Shown: positions 30,561-42,900 of the stretch, piece after piece
Layout of the letters: every line of letters begins with the position of its first letter
Position numbering within the stretch: the first letter of the stretch is position 1
NCBI GenBank assembly: GCA_013416795.1
Contig: RQSC01000025.1
Span: 346,858-410,857, forward strand
Reading direction: 5' to 3'
Length of the DNA: 64,000 nucleotides
Origin: Prasinococcaceae sp. CCMP 1430
Lineage: Eukaryota > Plantae > Prasinodermophyta
Notes under the pieces: model-generated
What the model saw: only the letters and a program-made list of their open reading frames with translations
Told to the model about the DNA's origin: nothing
Database searches by the model: none
Position numbers and translations under genes: made by a program

Positions 30561-33500
30561 ATGAGCACGCTCAGTGCCTCGGGCGCCAAGGTCGTCGCAC
30601 AGCTGATGCGCCTTGCGAAGGCGAACCCGGCACTCGCTGTTGGGTCACTCGCGCTGCTGTGGCCTGCGCTCAGTGTCGCGAGCGTGAGCTTCGTGCTCCT
30701 CCTGCCGCTGCTCATCCCGGCATCCGTCATCGCTCTTGCCGGCATCGTATTCTACAAGTACGTGGGCGCAGGCAATGCACACACTGCAACGCCGGCGCCA
30801 GAGGCGAAGGAGCAGGCACCTGCCGCAACCGCCGCGGCGAGCAGCGATGACCTGCCGCCAGCGCCGAAGGAGCAAGCACCTGCCGCACCCACTGCGGCAA
30901 GCAGCGAAGACCTCCCGCCGGTGCCCGTGTACAAGCAGTGGGTCGACCCCATCCCCGAGAACGAGACGTTCGACCAGCTCCGCAAGATCATGGACGAGCG
31001 CATCATCGTGATTGACGGCGCGATGGGCACGTCTGTGCAGAAGTACAAACTGGAGGAGGAGGACTACTGCGGCACGCTGTATCCCGACCACTCGGTGGAC
31101 CTGAAAGGAAACAACGACCTGCTGGTGCTCACCCGCCCGGACGTCATCGAGGAGATCCACAACAACTTTCTCGAGGCGGGTGCGGACATCATTGAGACAA
31201 ACACCTTCAACGGCACGTTCATCTCGCAGGGCGACTACAACATGGACACGTACGACGAGGTGTTCGCGATCAACAAGGGCGCGGCCGAGCTGGCGAAGAA
31301 GTGCACGACTGCGTGGACCCAGAAGGACCCGTCGAGGCCGCGCTTCACCGCCGGTGCCATCGGGCCCACCAACAAGACTCTGTCGGTGTCGCCGTCGGTG
31401 GAGAACCCGGCGTTCCGCGGCTGCACGTGGGACGAGGTGGTGAAGGCGTACTACGAGCAGTGCGAGGGCCTCATGGCCGGCGGCGTTGACCTGTTCTTGG
31501 TGGAGACCATCTTCGACACGCTGAACGCCAAGGCCGCGCTGTTCGCCATCGACAAGTTCTTCGCTGACAAGAAGTGCAGGATTCCCGTGTTCGTGTCAGG
31601 CACCATCGTGGACAACTCGGGGCGCACGCTCTCCGGCCAGACCAACGAGGCGTTCTGGAACTCGCTGGCGCACAGCAAGCCGCTGGCGATCGGCCTGAAC
31701 TGCGCGCTCGGCGCAGACGACATGAAGCCGTACGTCGAGAACCTGAGCAGCTGCGCGGACTGCTACGTCTTCTGCTACCCCAACGCGGGCCTGCCCAACG
31801 CGATGGGTGGTTATGACCAGAAAGGTGACGAGTTCGCCGAGGAGATCCGCCCCTTCATGGAGGCCGGCATCCTCAACGGCATCGGCGGCTGCTGCGGCAC
31901 CTCTTTCGAGCACATCAAGGCCGTCGCGGACATGGCCAAGGAGTATCAGCCGCGCGCGTGCCACGCCGTCAAGTCGCTCATGCGCCTGTCCGGCCTCGAG
32001 CCGCTGAACTACGAGCCGTGCCTGAGCAACATGCGCTCCACTTTCCTGAACGTGGGCGAGCGTTGCAACGTGGCGGGCTCGAGCATCTTCAAGAAGGCCA
32101 TCGTGGACGGCAACTGGGACAAGGCACTGTCCATCGCCGTGAAGCAGGTCGACGCGGGTGCGGACGTTGTCGACATCAACGTCGACGACGGGCTGATCGA
32201 GCCCATCGGCGCGATGACCAAGTTCGTCAACCTGCTGGTGTCGGATCCCGAGGCCTCCAAGATGCCCTTCATGATCGATTCGTCCAAGTTCCACGTGGTT
32301 GAGTGCGGCGTCAAGTGCTGCCAGGGCAAGTCCATCGTCAACTCGATCTCGCTCAAGGAGGGCGAGGAGGCGTTCATCAAGAACGCCAGGATGGTGAAAG
32401 CGTTTGGCTCGGCGGTGGTAGTGATGGCGTTCGACGAGAACGGTCAGGCCGCGACCTGCAAGGAGAAGGTGTCGATGTGCCAGCGCGCGTACAAGATCCT
32501 CGTGGAGGAGGTCGGCTTCAACGCGCAGGACATCGTGTTCGACCCGAACATCCTGACGATTGGCACGGGCATGGCGGAGCACAACGACTACGCGGTGGAC
32601 TTCATCAACGCCACGCGCGAGATCAAGCGCACCTGCCCGGGCTGCAAGATCTCTGGCGGCGTGTCCAACCTGGCTTTCAGCTTCCGTGGCAACGAGCCGG
32701 TGCGCCGCGCGTGCCACAGCGTGTTCCTGCACTACGCCTGTGCCGCGGGCATGGACATGGGCATCGTCAACGCCGCCCACTGCATCGAGGACAAGTACGA
32801 GAACATCGACAAGGAGCTGCTCGGCTACGTGGAGGACCTCGTGCTCAATCGCTGCGACAACGCGACCGAGCGCATGCTCGAGTACGCCGCCACGCTCGAC
32901 CCCAAGTCCAAGCCGTGCGCTCTGCGCAAGAAGGATGAGCACAAGGCCTTCGTCGCTGCTCCCAAGATCAACGAGCACGGCGTCGACCGTATCGCCGAGC
33001 CCGATGCGAGCACGCTCGTCCCGGTGCCCGTGTACAAGCAGTGGGTCGACCCCATCCCCGAGAACGAGACGTTCGACCAGCTCCGCAAGATCATGGACGA
33101 GCGCATCATCGTGATTGACGGCGCGATGGGCACGTCTGTGCAGAAGTACAAACTGGAGGAGGAGGACTACTGCGGCACGCTGTATCCCGACCACTCGGTG
33201 GACCTGAAAGGAAACAACGACCTGCTGGTGCTCACCCGCCCGGACGTCATCGAGGAGATCCACAACAACTTTCTCGAGGCGGGTGCGGACATCATTGAGA
33301 CAAACACCTTCAACGGCACGTTCATCTCGCAGGGCGACTACAACATGGACACGTACGACGAGGTGTTCGCGATCAACAAGGGCGCGGCCGAGCTGGCGAA
33401 GAAGTGCACGACTGCGTGGACCCAGAAGGACCCGTCGAGGCCGCGCTTCACCGCCGGTGCCATCGGGCCCACCAACAAGACTCTGTCGGTGTCGCCGTCG

Positions 33501-36500
33501 GTGGAGAACCCGGCGTTCCGCGGCTGCACGTGGGACGAGGTGGTGAAGGCGTACTACGAGCAGTGCGAGGGCCTCATGGCCGGCGGCGTTGACCTGTTCT
33601 TGGTGGAGACCATCTTCGACACGCTGAACGCCAAGGCCGCGCTGTTCGCCATCGACAAGTTCTTCGCTGACAAGAAGTGCAGGATTCCCGTGTTCGTGTC
33701 AGGCACCATCGTGGACAACTCGGGGCGCACGCTCTCCGGCCAGACCAACGAGGCGTTCTGGAACTCGCTGGCGCACAGCAAGCCGCTGGCGATCGGCCTG
33801 AACTGCGCGCTCGGCGCAGACGACATGAAGCCGTACGTCGAGAACCTGAGCAGCTGCGCGGACTGCTACGTCTTCTGCTACCCCAACGCGGGCCTGCCCA
33901 ACGCGATGGGTGGTTATGACCAGAAAGGTGACGAGTTCGCCGAGGAGATCCGCCCCTTCATGGAGGCCGGCATCCTCAACGGCATCGGCGGCTGCTGCGG
34001 CACCTCTTTCGAGCACATCAAGGCCGTCGCGGACATGGCCAAGGAGTATCAGCCGCGCGCGTGCCACGCCGTCAAGTCGCTCATGCGCCTGTCCGGCCTC
34101 GAGCCGCTGAACTACGAGCCGTGCCTGAGCAACATGCGCTCCACTTTCCTGAACGTGGGCGAGCGTTGCAACGTGGCGGGCTCGAGCATCTTCAAGAAGG
34201 CCATCGTGGACGGCAACTGGGACAAGGCACTGTCCATCGCCGTGAAGCAGGTCGACGCGGGTGCGGACGTTGTCGACATCAACGTCGACGACGGGCTGAT
34301 CGAGCCCATCGGCGCGATGACCAAGTTCGTCAACCTGCTGGTGTCGGATCCCGAGGCCTCCAAGATGCCCTTCATGATCGATTCGTCCAAGTTCCACGTG
34401 GTTGAGTGCGGCGTCAAGTGCTGCCAGGGCAAGTCCATCGTCAACTCGATCTCGCTCAAGGAGGGCGAGGAGGCGTTCATCAAGAACGCCAGGATGGTGA
34501 AAGCGTTTGGCTCGGCGGTGGTAGTGATGGCGTTCGACGAGAACGGTCAGGCCGCGACCTGCAAGGAGAAGGTGTCGATGTGCCAGCGCGCGTACAAGAT
34601 CCTCGTGGAGGAGGTCGGCTTCAACGCGCAGGACATCGTGTTCGACCCGAACATCCTGACGATTGGCACGGGCATGGCGGAGCACAACGACTACGCGGTG
34701 GACTTCATCAACGCCACGCGCGAGATCAAGCGCACCTGCCCGGGCTGCAAGATCTCTGGCGGCGTGTCCAACCTGGCTTTCAGCTTCCGTGGCAACGAGC
34801 CGGTGCGCCGCGCGTGCCACAGCGTGTTCCTGCACTACGCCTGTGCCGCGGGCATGGACATGGGCATCGTCAACGCCGCCCACTGCATCGAGGACAAGTA
34901 CGAGAACATCGACAAGGAGCTGCTCGGCTACGTGGAGGACCTCGTGCTCAATCGCTGCGACAACGCGACCGAGCGCATGCTCGAGTACGCCGCCACGCTC
35001 GACCCCAAGTCCAAGCCGTGCGCTCTGCGCAAGAAGGGTGACGTAGTGGAGAAGGTCGTGGAGAAGGGCTCGTCATGGCGTGACAAGTCCGTGCAGGACC
35101 GCCTGAGCCACTCCCTTGTGAAGGGCATCGACGAGTTTGTCGTGCGCGACACCGAGGAGGCGCGCACGTGCGGCCTTTACCCGCGCCCGCTGCACGTCAT
35201 CGAGGGCCCGCTCATGGACGGCATGAGCACCGTCGGCGACCTCTTCGGCGCGGGCAAGATGTTCCTGCCGCAGGTGATCAAGTCGGCGCGCGTGATGAAG
35301 AAGGCCGTGGCGCACTTGATCCCCTTCATGGAGGAGGAGAAGCGGTTGATGGCCGAGCAGGAGGGCATTGACGCCGACGCCGACAACTCTGTGGGCACCT
35401 TTGTGATTGCCACCGTCAAGGGTGACGTGCACGACATCGGCAAGAACATCGTGGCGGTGGTGCTGGGCTGCAACAACTGGAAAGTGATCGACCTCGGCGT
35501 GATGTGCTCGTGCCAGTCCATCCTCGACGCGTGCAAGGAGCACAACGCGGACATTCTGGGCCTCAGCGGCCTTATCACTCCTTCGCTGGACGAGATGGTC
35601 ACCGTTGCCAAGGAGATGGAGAAGGCGGGCTTCAAGATCCCGCTTCTCGTGGGCGGCGCAACCACCAGCCGCATGCATACGGCGGTCAAGCTGACCCCCC
35701 AGTACAGCGGACCGACCGTGCACGTGCTCGACGCCTCGCGTGCGGTGCCGGTGTGCTCGTCACTCATTGACGAGAAGCAGTACGCCGAATTTGTCGAGGA
35801 CACGCGCGAGACGTACAAGGAGATGCGCGAGGAGTTCTACGCCGGCCTCGAGGACCGCAAGTACGTTTCGCTCGAGCAGGCGCGCGCCAAGGCGCTCACG
35901 GTTGACTTTACCACGCCCGAGAACACGCCGGTGACGCCCAAGCAGCTGGGCGTCCACGTCCTGCGCGACTTTCCCATCGAGGAGGTGGTCGATTACATCG
36001 ACTGGAACCCCTTCTTCCAGGTGTGGCAGCTGCGCGGCCGCTATCCGAACCGTGGCTATCCCAAGATCTTCAACGACGAGACTGTCGGTGCCGAGGCGAA
36101 GAAGCTCTTCGACGACGCACAGACCATGCTCAAAGACATCATCGCGCACAAGAAGCTTTCGCTGCGCGGCGTGCTCGGCCTCTTCCCGGCCAACTCCGTC
36201 GGTGACGACATCGAGGTGTACGCCGAAGACGGCGAGCGCGGTGCGCCCCGGGCGAGCTTCTACACCCTGCGCGAACAGGCCGAGAAGGAGAACACCAGCG
36301 AGCCCTACCTTGCGCTGGCGGACTTTGTGGCTCCGAAGGAGAGCGGCGTGAAAGATTACGTGGGCGCGTTCGTCACATCGGCCGGCTTCGGCCTCGAGGA
36401 GATGACCAAGGCGTTTAAGGCGGACAACGATGACTACAGCTACATCCTCGCTGAAGCGCTCGCGGACCGTCTGGCGGAGGCCTTCGCCGAGGTGGTGCAC

Positions 36501-36869
36501 ATCAAGATTCGCAAGGAGTACTGGGGATATGCGCCCGATGAGGACCTGTCGCCCGACGACCTTCTCAAGGTTAAGTACGACGGCATCCGCCCGGCGCCGG
36601 GCTATCCGTCGCAGCCCGACCACACGGAGAAGAACACCATGTGGGAGCTCATGAAGGTCGCCGAGGAGACCGACGTGACGCTCACCGAGTCGCTCGCCAT
36701 GCTGCCGGCCGCCTCGGTGTCTGCGCTCGTGTTCGGCGGCAAGTGCTCGAAGTACTTCGCCGTTGGCAAGATCACCGACGAACAGGTGCAGGACTACGCC
36801 GCGCGCAAGAAGATGGACGTCAAAGAGGTCGAGCGGTGGCTCGCGACGAGCCTCAACTATGAGCCTTGA
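30561..36869 (+). CDS. METH: Cobalamin-dependent methionine synthase, 2102 aa, intronless, with N-terminal hydrophobic extension and duplicated Hcy- and folate-binding modules
   Basis: Hcy domain ([28 protein letters not shown]) x2; pterin domain ([31 protein letters not shown]) x2; cap ([23 protein letters not shown]); B12 motif [10 protein letters not shown]; activation domain ([21 protein letters not shown]). Confidence 0.98.
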   Translation: MSTLSASGAKVVAQLMRLAKANPALAVGSLALLWPALSVASVSFVLLLPLLIPASVIALAGIVFYKYVGAGNAHTATPAPEAKEQAPAATAAASSDDLPPAPKEQAPAAPTAASSEDLPPVPVYKQWVDPIPENETFDQLRKIMDERIIVIDGAMGTSVQKYKLEEEDYCGTLYPDHSVDLKGNNDLLVLTRPDVIEEIHNNFLEAGADIIETNTFNGTFISQGDYNMDTYDEVFAINKGAAELAKKCTTAWTQKDPSRPRFTAGAIGPTNKTLSVSPSVENPAFRGCTWDEVVKAYYEQCEGLMAGGVDLFLVETIFDTLNAKAALFAIDKFFADKKCRIPVFVSGTIVDNSGRTLSGQTNEAFWNSLAHSKPLAIGLNCALGADDMKPYVENLSSCADCYVFCYPNAGLPNAMGGYDQKGDEFAEEIRPFMEAGILNGIGGCCGTSFEHIKAVADMAKEYQPRACHAVKSLMRLSGLEPLNYEPCLSNMRSTFLNVGERCNVAGSSIFKKAIVDGNWDKALSIAVKQVDAGADVVDINVDDGLIEPIGAMTKFVNLLVSDPEASKMPFMIDSSKFHVVECGVKCCQGKSIVNSISLKEGEEAFIKNARMVKAFGSAVVVMAFDENGQAATCKEKVSMCQRAYKILVEEVGFNAQDIVFDPNILTIGTGMAEHNDYAVDFINATREIKRTCPGCKISGGVSNLAFSFRGNEPVRRACHSVFLHYACAAGMDMGIVNAAHCIEDKYENIDKELLGYVEDLVLNRCDNATERMLEYAATLDPKSKPCALRKKDEHKAFVAAPKINEHGVDRIAEPDASTLVPVPVYKQWVDPIPENETFDQLRKIMDERIIVIDGAMGTSVQKYKLEEEDYCGTLYPDHSVDLKGNNDLLVLTRPDVIEEIHNNFLEAGADIIETNTFNGTFISQGDYNMDTYDEVFAINKGAAELAKKCTTAWTQKDPSRPRFTAGAIGPTNKTLSVSPSVENPAFRGCTWDEVVKAYYEQCEGLMAGGVDLFLVETIFDTLNAKAALFAIDKFFADKKCRIPVFVSGTIVDNSGRTLSGQTNEAFWNSLAHSKPLAIGLNCALGADDMKPYVENLSSCADCYVFCYPNAGLPNAMGGYDQKGDEFAEEIRPFMEAGILNGIGGCCGTSFEHIKAVADMAKEYQPRACHAVKSLMRLSGLEPLNYEPCLSNMRSTFLNVGERCNVAGSSIFKKAIVDGNWDKALSIAVKQVDAGADVVDINVDDGLIEPIGAMTKFVNLLVSDPEASKMPFMIDSSKFHVVECGVKCCQGKSIVNSISLKEGEEAFIKNARMVKAFGSAVVVMAFDENGQAATCKEKVSMCQRAYKILVEEVGFNAQDIVFDPNILTIGTGMAEHNDYAVDFINATREIKRTCPGCKISGGVSNLAFSFRGNEPVRRACHSVFLHYACAAGMDMGIVNAAHCIEDKYENIDKELLGYVEDLVLNRCDNATERMLEYAATLDPKSKPCALRKKGDVVEKVVEKGSSWRDKSVQDRLSHSLVKGIDEFVVRDTEEARTCGLYPRPLHVIEGPLMDGMSTVGDLFGAGKMFLPQVIKSARVMKKAVAHLIPFMEEEKRLMAEQEGIDADADNSVGTFVIATVKGDVHDIGKNIVAVVLGCNNWKVIDLGVMCSCQSILDACKEHNADILGLSGLITPSLDEMVTVAKEMEKAGFKIPLLVGGATTSRMHTAVKLTPQYSGPTVHVLDASRAVPVCSSLIDEKQYAEFVEDTRETYKEMREEFYAGLEDRKYVSLEQARAKALTVDFTTPENTPVTPKQLGVHVLRDFPIEEVVDYIDWNPFFQVWQLRGRYPNRGYPKIFNDETVGAEAKKLFDDAQTMLKDIIAHKKLSLRGVLGLFPANSVGDDIEVYAEDGERGAPRASFYTLREQAEKENTSEPYLALADFVAPKESGVKDYVGAFVTSAGFGLEEMTKAFKADNDDYSYILAEALADRLAEAFAEVVHIKIRKEYWGYAPDEDLSPDDLLKVKYDGIRPAPGYPSQPDHTEKNTMWELMKVAEETDVTLTESLAMLPAASVSALVFGGKCSKYFAVGKITDEQVQDYAARKKMDVKEVERWLATSLNYEP
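30918..35037. repeat. 2017-bp direct repeat inside METH (30918-32934 and 33021-35037, offset 2103 bp = 701 codons), with a unique 86-bp spacer at 32935-33020
   Basis: The translations of both copies are identical and every nucleotide stretch I compared was identical. Boundaries were read directly (CCGGTGCCCGTG at the start, AAGAAGG at the end). Confidence 0.95.
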
Positions 36870-37191
36870 GATGGTGGTAGTTGTCCCTGTCTTTCAGCGA
36901 GGTGGAGATGTGCGTCGTCCGCCGGGTGTCTTCTGTCGTGGTCGGGTTCCGCGCGAAGCTTATTCTTTGGTGGCTTGTGTAAGATTTGTTACAGTCTGTT
37001 CTACGAATCTGTGTCGTGCTCGTGTTCGTGTGGGCGGGCGGGCGGGCACTTTGTTTACACACATAGCTAAGATGCCAGCGATTCTCTCCCTAGTAGTCAC
37101 CTGGCGAAGGGCGCGTCGGTCACGAGAGAACGCGCCCTGTGCGCACTGTCCGCGGGGGCAAGCAACGCCACGCACGTGAAAGACTTGGCAG

Positions 37192-38572
37192 CTAGACCGG
37201 GCACTCGCCGAGCGGGGCGTGCTCGTGCTGGCAGAATCCCTCGTGCACTCCTTCAAGCTCTGATTCAGCCGCGACGGCCTCAAGGAAAGCCTGCACCACC
37301 TTGACGATCTGTTTGTGCTCATCGACCCTGCCTGTGGCGAAGGTCACGGCATCAGCTACGGATGAGCCCGACGATCTCACCTGAATAATCCCGTCGTGCG
37401 GGGCCCAGAACGGAGTATTATTAGGAGATTTGAGCAGGTGTGGTTGATCGGTGCGCGGGATGTACCAGTCAGGTCATTTTCATCCAGCCACACTATGCGC
37501 GTGCGCTCGCGCACGCGCGCACACGAACGCGCAGTGCGTACGCTCGCTCACCTCAACCATGCCCGGCACTGCGTGGACTTCCGGGTGCGCGCCCAGCTCG
37601 ACGCTGCGCTCGTACACCTCGACTCCGGCCACCTCCCATGCCACTTGCGCGCTTCCCCCCGTGGCTCTGTCCATGGCGACCGTCAGCGTCGCCGTCGCCC
37701 CTGAAACCGAGGCCGCCTCGGTGCCAGCGGCCGTCGCCAGAGACGCCCCCGCCGCCCAGAAGGGCGCGGCGAACGCCACGAAGAGGAGCGGCGCGCCGCC
37801 GTCGAGCGACGACCACGTCCACGCCGCGACGGTGAGCAACCACGCCGCGCTAAGCCCGACCAGCGCGCCGGTCGCAGGCGTCGGATCGCGCGGCAGGGCA
37901 ACCAAGCGCATTGTCCCGTTCCCGTATGTCTGCGAGTGGTCAACCTCGAGGTTGAATCTGCGCGGCAGGGGCACGAGCTCCCCGCGCGGGAGACCGCTCT
38001 CAAGCACGCCCCCCGGCGCCACCATGTACACGCTGCTGACGTCGGCGGCACCAGCGGCGGCGCCGTAAGCATCCACATCAAAGCCTCTCGTGTCCGTGCC
38101 GTCACGAACGGCCTCCAGCGGGTGCAGCACGCCGATCAGGGCGGCGGACATCACCACCAGCAGCGCAGCAGCAGCACGGTGGGCGCTCAGGTTTTCGTCA
38201 CGCACGTTGTCGTCGTCCTCCCAGTCGTCCGCTTGGCCAGGCTGGCCGAGAACGAGGTCCGCAGCCCACTCGGCAGCCTCTGCGGCTGAAAAGAATGACC
38301 TGTTTCGACGGTGTTGGTTGCGCCAACGAGCGCGGCCGCGCCTCCTCTTCCTGTGGTCCTTTCCAACGATGACGTCGCCATGTGCTAGAGGGAAAAGGGG
38401 GGGTGGGGGGTGGGGGGAAGGGGGGGGGCGCCTGTGGGTCAGCATCGAGCGCGTGGGCTCGGCCACGCTTGTGGACGCGCGCTTGTCTGTGTGCGCCATG
38501 CATCGTCGCCCGTGGTGGAACTGGGGGGATATTTGCGAGGTGCTCTCGAGGGGGGGGAGGGGGGGGGGGGAA

Positions 38573-38607
<35 letters not shown>

Positions 38608-39163
38608 CTGTCGCCCGCCCCGGTCCCACCACAGCGGACGCCCTGGCGCCAGCGCCTGACGTCTGACGCCTGCACGCACCATCGTCGCTTTCTGAGCCCG
38701 AGTTTCCAGTGCTGCTTTCGCTACCCTCCGCTGGTGGGGGGACATCGTGCCCATCCCAACCTGGAGGTACGAAGTCCGGGTGCTCGGAGAGGAAAGCCTG
38801 CACCTCCCTGCGCTTGTCCCAGTTGGTGTACACGCGCGTCGAGCGCAGCAGCCGGTTTGTGAACGGGTCGCGCAGCCGCCTTGGCCTCGCCGCGTGGCCG
38901 CGTCCCATGGCCTCGCCGCCCGCGTTCTCCTCCTCGGCGCCTCGCGCAGTGGCCAACGTGGCCCAAAACGACTTGAGCGCCTCGCGCTCGTACGTCGTCC
39001 CTGACTCGGGCACGAACACAGGGTCGCGAAAGAGGCCGCGAGTCACCGGGCAGCAGAGGTGCTCTGGCTCAGTTGGCGACACGAGCGACACGCACTCCGT
39101 CGCCTCGGCCATGGGGGAGGCGAGGGGTCGGCGGCCCTTTGGGTCTGTCCGAGGGGGCGCCAT
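37192..39163 (-). CDS. U-box (E3 ubiquitin ligase) domain protein with C-terminal membrane segments; exons 39163-38680, 38384-37552, 37380-37192
   Basis: U-box PEHLCCPVTRGLFRDPVFVPESGTTYEREAL...DPFTN...NWDKRREV. The intron phases (1, then 0) join the exons in frame to TM segments AAAALLVVMSAALIGVL, LVGLSAAWLLTVAAWTW and LLFVAFAAPFWAAG. Confidence 0.78.
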
Positions 39164-39183
39164 TGGGCACCTCCAGCGGAGAT

Positions 39184-39222
<39 letters not shown>

Positions 39223-39351
39223 TGGGTGGGGGTGGGGCAGGGATGTCTGCCTTTCCTCTTGCCTCGCCTCGGGCGTGTGCGTGCGTCTCTTTCTCGGCGC
39301 GGCGCGCGCCGCGCGCGCGCGCGCGCCGTGTGGCGAGCGTCGCACGTGCAG

Positions 39352-39781
39352 TGTGGCCGTTTCGTTTCGTGGAGGAGCGTGCGGCTGGGGGGCGTTGGTG
39401 GGTGGGTACGGGGCGCTCTACAGTGGGCTGTCCGCAGCCATCATGCGGCAGTGCACATACACGACCGCTCGCATGGGCGTCTTCAGGTCGCTGAGCGACT
39501 GGCGGTCGGAGAGCGCGCACGGCGGCGCAGCGCTGCCGGTGGCGGAGAAGGCGCTCTGCGGGCTCGCCGCCGGCTTCATCGGCGCCTTCGTCGGCACGCC
39601 GGCGGACCTGACGCTTGTGCGCATGCAGGCCGACGCCATGCGACCGGTAGCCGAGCGACGCAACTATCGCGGCGTCTTTGACGCGCTCGCCCGGGTCGTG
39701 CGCGAGGAGGGAGTCCTCAATCTCTGGCGAGGCTCTGGGCCGACCATCGCGCGCGGCATGGTGGTCAACATGGCCCATCTC
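39352..39781 (+). CDS. Orphan internal exon of a mitochondrial carrier (2-oxoglutarate/malate or dicarboxylate type); 5' and 3' exons missing
   Basis: GALYSGLSAAIMRQCTYTTARMG, FVGTPADLTLVRMQAD and RRNYRGVFDALARVVREEGVLNLWRG are the oxoglutarate/dicarboxylate-carrier signature. The exon is cut by N at 39782 and preceded by a (GT)n(GA)n tract. Confidence 0.85.
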
Positions 39782-39954
39782 NTCCGACCGCGCGCGGGGG
39801 GTGGCGCACGATCGGCGCGCAGGGGTGGGTGGGTGGGCGGGTGGGGTGGGGTGGGGTGGGGTGGGTGTCGCCAAACGGTGCGCGTCTGACGGCGCGTGTC
39901 GGCCACAACTGGACAGGAGGCCGCCCCCTGGCCCCGCCCCACCTCGTGGGCACC

Positions 39955-42900
39955 ATGTCGAAGTTCTTCGGCGGCGGCTCCGACTCCGACTCCGACTCCG
40001 AGCTCGAGTCGTCATCCGAGGAGGAGTTTGAGTCCGGATCCGAGCTCGAGTCGTCCGAGGAGGAGTCGTCATCCGATGACGAGGCCAACACGTTCCTTGC
40101 GTCGGACTCGGACGACAGCTCGAGCGACGACGACCGGCGCGTCGTGCGCTCTGCCAAGGACAAGCGCTTCGACCAGCTGCGCGCTGCATGCGACGCGCTT
40201 ACGCCGATGACCAAGAACAACGACTGGATCGCACTGCTGGTACGTACAGTGGCATGCATGAGCATGCGTTGTGCGCGCAGCAGATCTGTGGGGAGGGCGG
40301 CGATCGCTGTGTGCGATCCGAGTGAGAGGAGGCCGTGCCGCATCCCCCACTGTTGGGCTGTTGCCGGAGGGCGGGGGGGAGCTGTGTGTGTGTTTGCGCT
40401 CTGTGCTGTACAGCCCGCGCCGAAGCGTGCAGAGACCGCGCAGTGCCGGCGACGAGGGGCGTTGGGGTGCTCGAGCGCATTGAGTTCCCACCCCAGGGCA
40501 ACGCCTCCTCTTCTGTCTTGCTGCGCAGGGGCGTAGCCGCAAAGCGCGCGTGTGCTGCCCTGCTCATTCTGAATCGCTTTCCTCGCGATTTTTTTTTTTT
40601 GGCGAAGGGCTTTCCGCCCGCCGCCGTCGGGCGCGCGCGCGCCTCTTGTGAGGGTGCGCTCAGGCCGCAGGCCGCGCGCGCCCGCGGGGGGTGTTTTGGG
40701 GGGCACTCTGAGACACGTGGGCGCCTCCTTACCCCCGGCTGCGCACGTTCAGGTCGTGGGGTCCGCGCGGAGGGCGCGCGGCTGGGTCCCCTCGCGCGCG
40801 CCGCGTGACCTGCGCGACCGAAAAATCCGCCGATTTTTTTTAATGCGCTCTGACGAATTGGCGGTGTGCACCGCATCATCTCCTCATACCACCCACGCGG
40901 ATCGCAGGGCGGATTCGACAAGATGAACACCCAGCTTGACAAGACCATGCGCGTGGTGCAGGGGCAGAAGAAGACTCCGCGGTTTTACATCAAGACGCTG
41001 GTCATGCTCGAGGACTTCCTGGCCGCCACGATGGCCAACAAGGAGGCCAAGAAGAAAATGTCGTCCACCAACTCGAAGGCGCTGAACGCGATGCGCCAGC
41101 GCCTGAAGAAGCACAACGTCGGGTACGAGGCCGACATTGCGACTTTCCGCGAGAATCCGGTCGCAACCGATGATGAGGAGAGCGAGAGCGAGAGTGAGGA
41201 GGAGAGCGAAGACGAGAACGTCGATGAAGAGGAGGAGCCTGAGGTCGAGGACGAGGCCGACAAGGGCAAGTCCAAGTCGCAGAAGGCCTTCGACAAGGAG
41301 TTCACCAAGGACCCGAAGAAGGTGACCTACGCGATGGTCATGGCCAAGCTCGCGGAAATCTCGGCCAGCCGCGGCAAGAAGGGCGTCGACCGCCAGGAGC
41401 AGGTCGACCAGCTGTCGTACCTGGCGCGTGTGGCGAAGACGCCCGCGCAGGCCCTCGAGGTGATGACCGCAGTGGTGTCCGCGCAGTTCGACCTGACCCC
41501 CTCGATGGCCACGCACATGCCTGTTGAGGTGTGGAGGTCATGCGTGGCCAACCTGCATCAGATCTTCGCCATCCTTGCCGCCTACCCCAAGATCAAGATG
41601 AGTGACTCAATCGACGAGTCGCTCCAGGAGAAGCACCGCCTGGACGACGACGGCGAGCTCAAGCCGCTCGAGGAGGGCGCCGAGGAGCCTGAGGTGCACG
41701 TGTCAGGCAACCTCGTGTCGTTCCTCGAGCGCCTCGACGACGAGCTCTTCAAGTCCCTCCAGTGCATCGACCCGCACACCGTGCAATACATGGACCGCCT
41801 GCGCGATGAGCTTGTGTACATCTCGCTCGCCCAGGCCTCGATGGCCTACTGCAAGACGGTCGAGGACGGCCGCGCGCTGGCCCGGGTGCTCGTGCGCGTG
41901 CTCGAGCACATATACTACAAGACTGATGCCGTGTACTCGGCCACCGTGCGCATCCACGTGGAGATGACGAAGAAGGCTAGGGAGGAGGCCGCGGCCGCGA
42001 AGGAGGAGGCCATGAAGGCGGCCGAGGGGGCTGACGAGACCGATCCGGACGCGCCGGTTGTTCTGCCTGAGCCAGAGTGGTTCAAGGTCGACATGCTCGA
42101 GACAACCATGCCCGAGACCGTCTCGGCATTCGCGAAGCAGCTCGCTGCCACCATCTACAAGCTTGGCGACGAACGCACCAAGGCGCGCTGCATGCTGTGT
42201 GAGATCTACTCGAAGGCGCTGGCGGGTGACTTCCACCGCGCGCGCGACCTGCTGCTCATGTCGCACATGCAAGAGAGCGTGCAGCACATGGATGTGGCCA
42301 CGCAGATCCTCTTCAACCGCGCCATTGCGCAGCTCGGCCTTAGCGCCTTCCACGCCGGCCTCATCCGCGAGGCGCACTCGTGCCTGAGCGAGCTGTACAT
42401 CGGTGGCCGTGTGAAGGAGCTGCTCGCCCAGGGCGTGCAGCTGCAGCGCTTCCACGAGCGTGATCCGGAGCGTGAGAAGTTGGAGAGGCGTAGGCAGATG
42501 CCCTTCCACATGCACATCAACCTGGAGCTGCTGGAGGCGGTGCATCTGATCTGCGCTATGCTGTTGGAGGTGGCCAACATGGCCATCCACTCGCATGACC
42601 TGCGCGGAAAGCTCTTCTCCAAGCCGCTGCGCAGGCTGCTCGACATCAACTCGCGCCAGCCCTTCACAGGCCCGCCCGAGAATGTGCGCGACCACGCAGT
42701 GGTCGCCACGCTGGCGCTGGCGAAGGGCGACTGGCAGACGGCGCTGGACATGCTTCTTGGCCTGAGCGCGTGGAACCTCGTCCCCGAGGGCCAGCGCGAG
42801 AAGACGCTGAGCATGCTGCAGGCCAAGGTGAAAGAGGAAGCGCTGCGCACGTACCTCCTCACGTACGCCACGCACTACTCCAGCCTGAGCCTGGAGCAGC

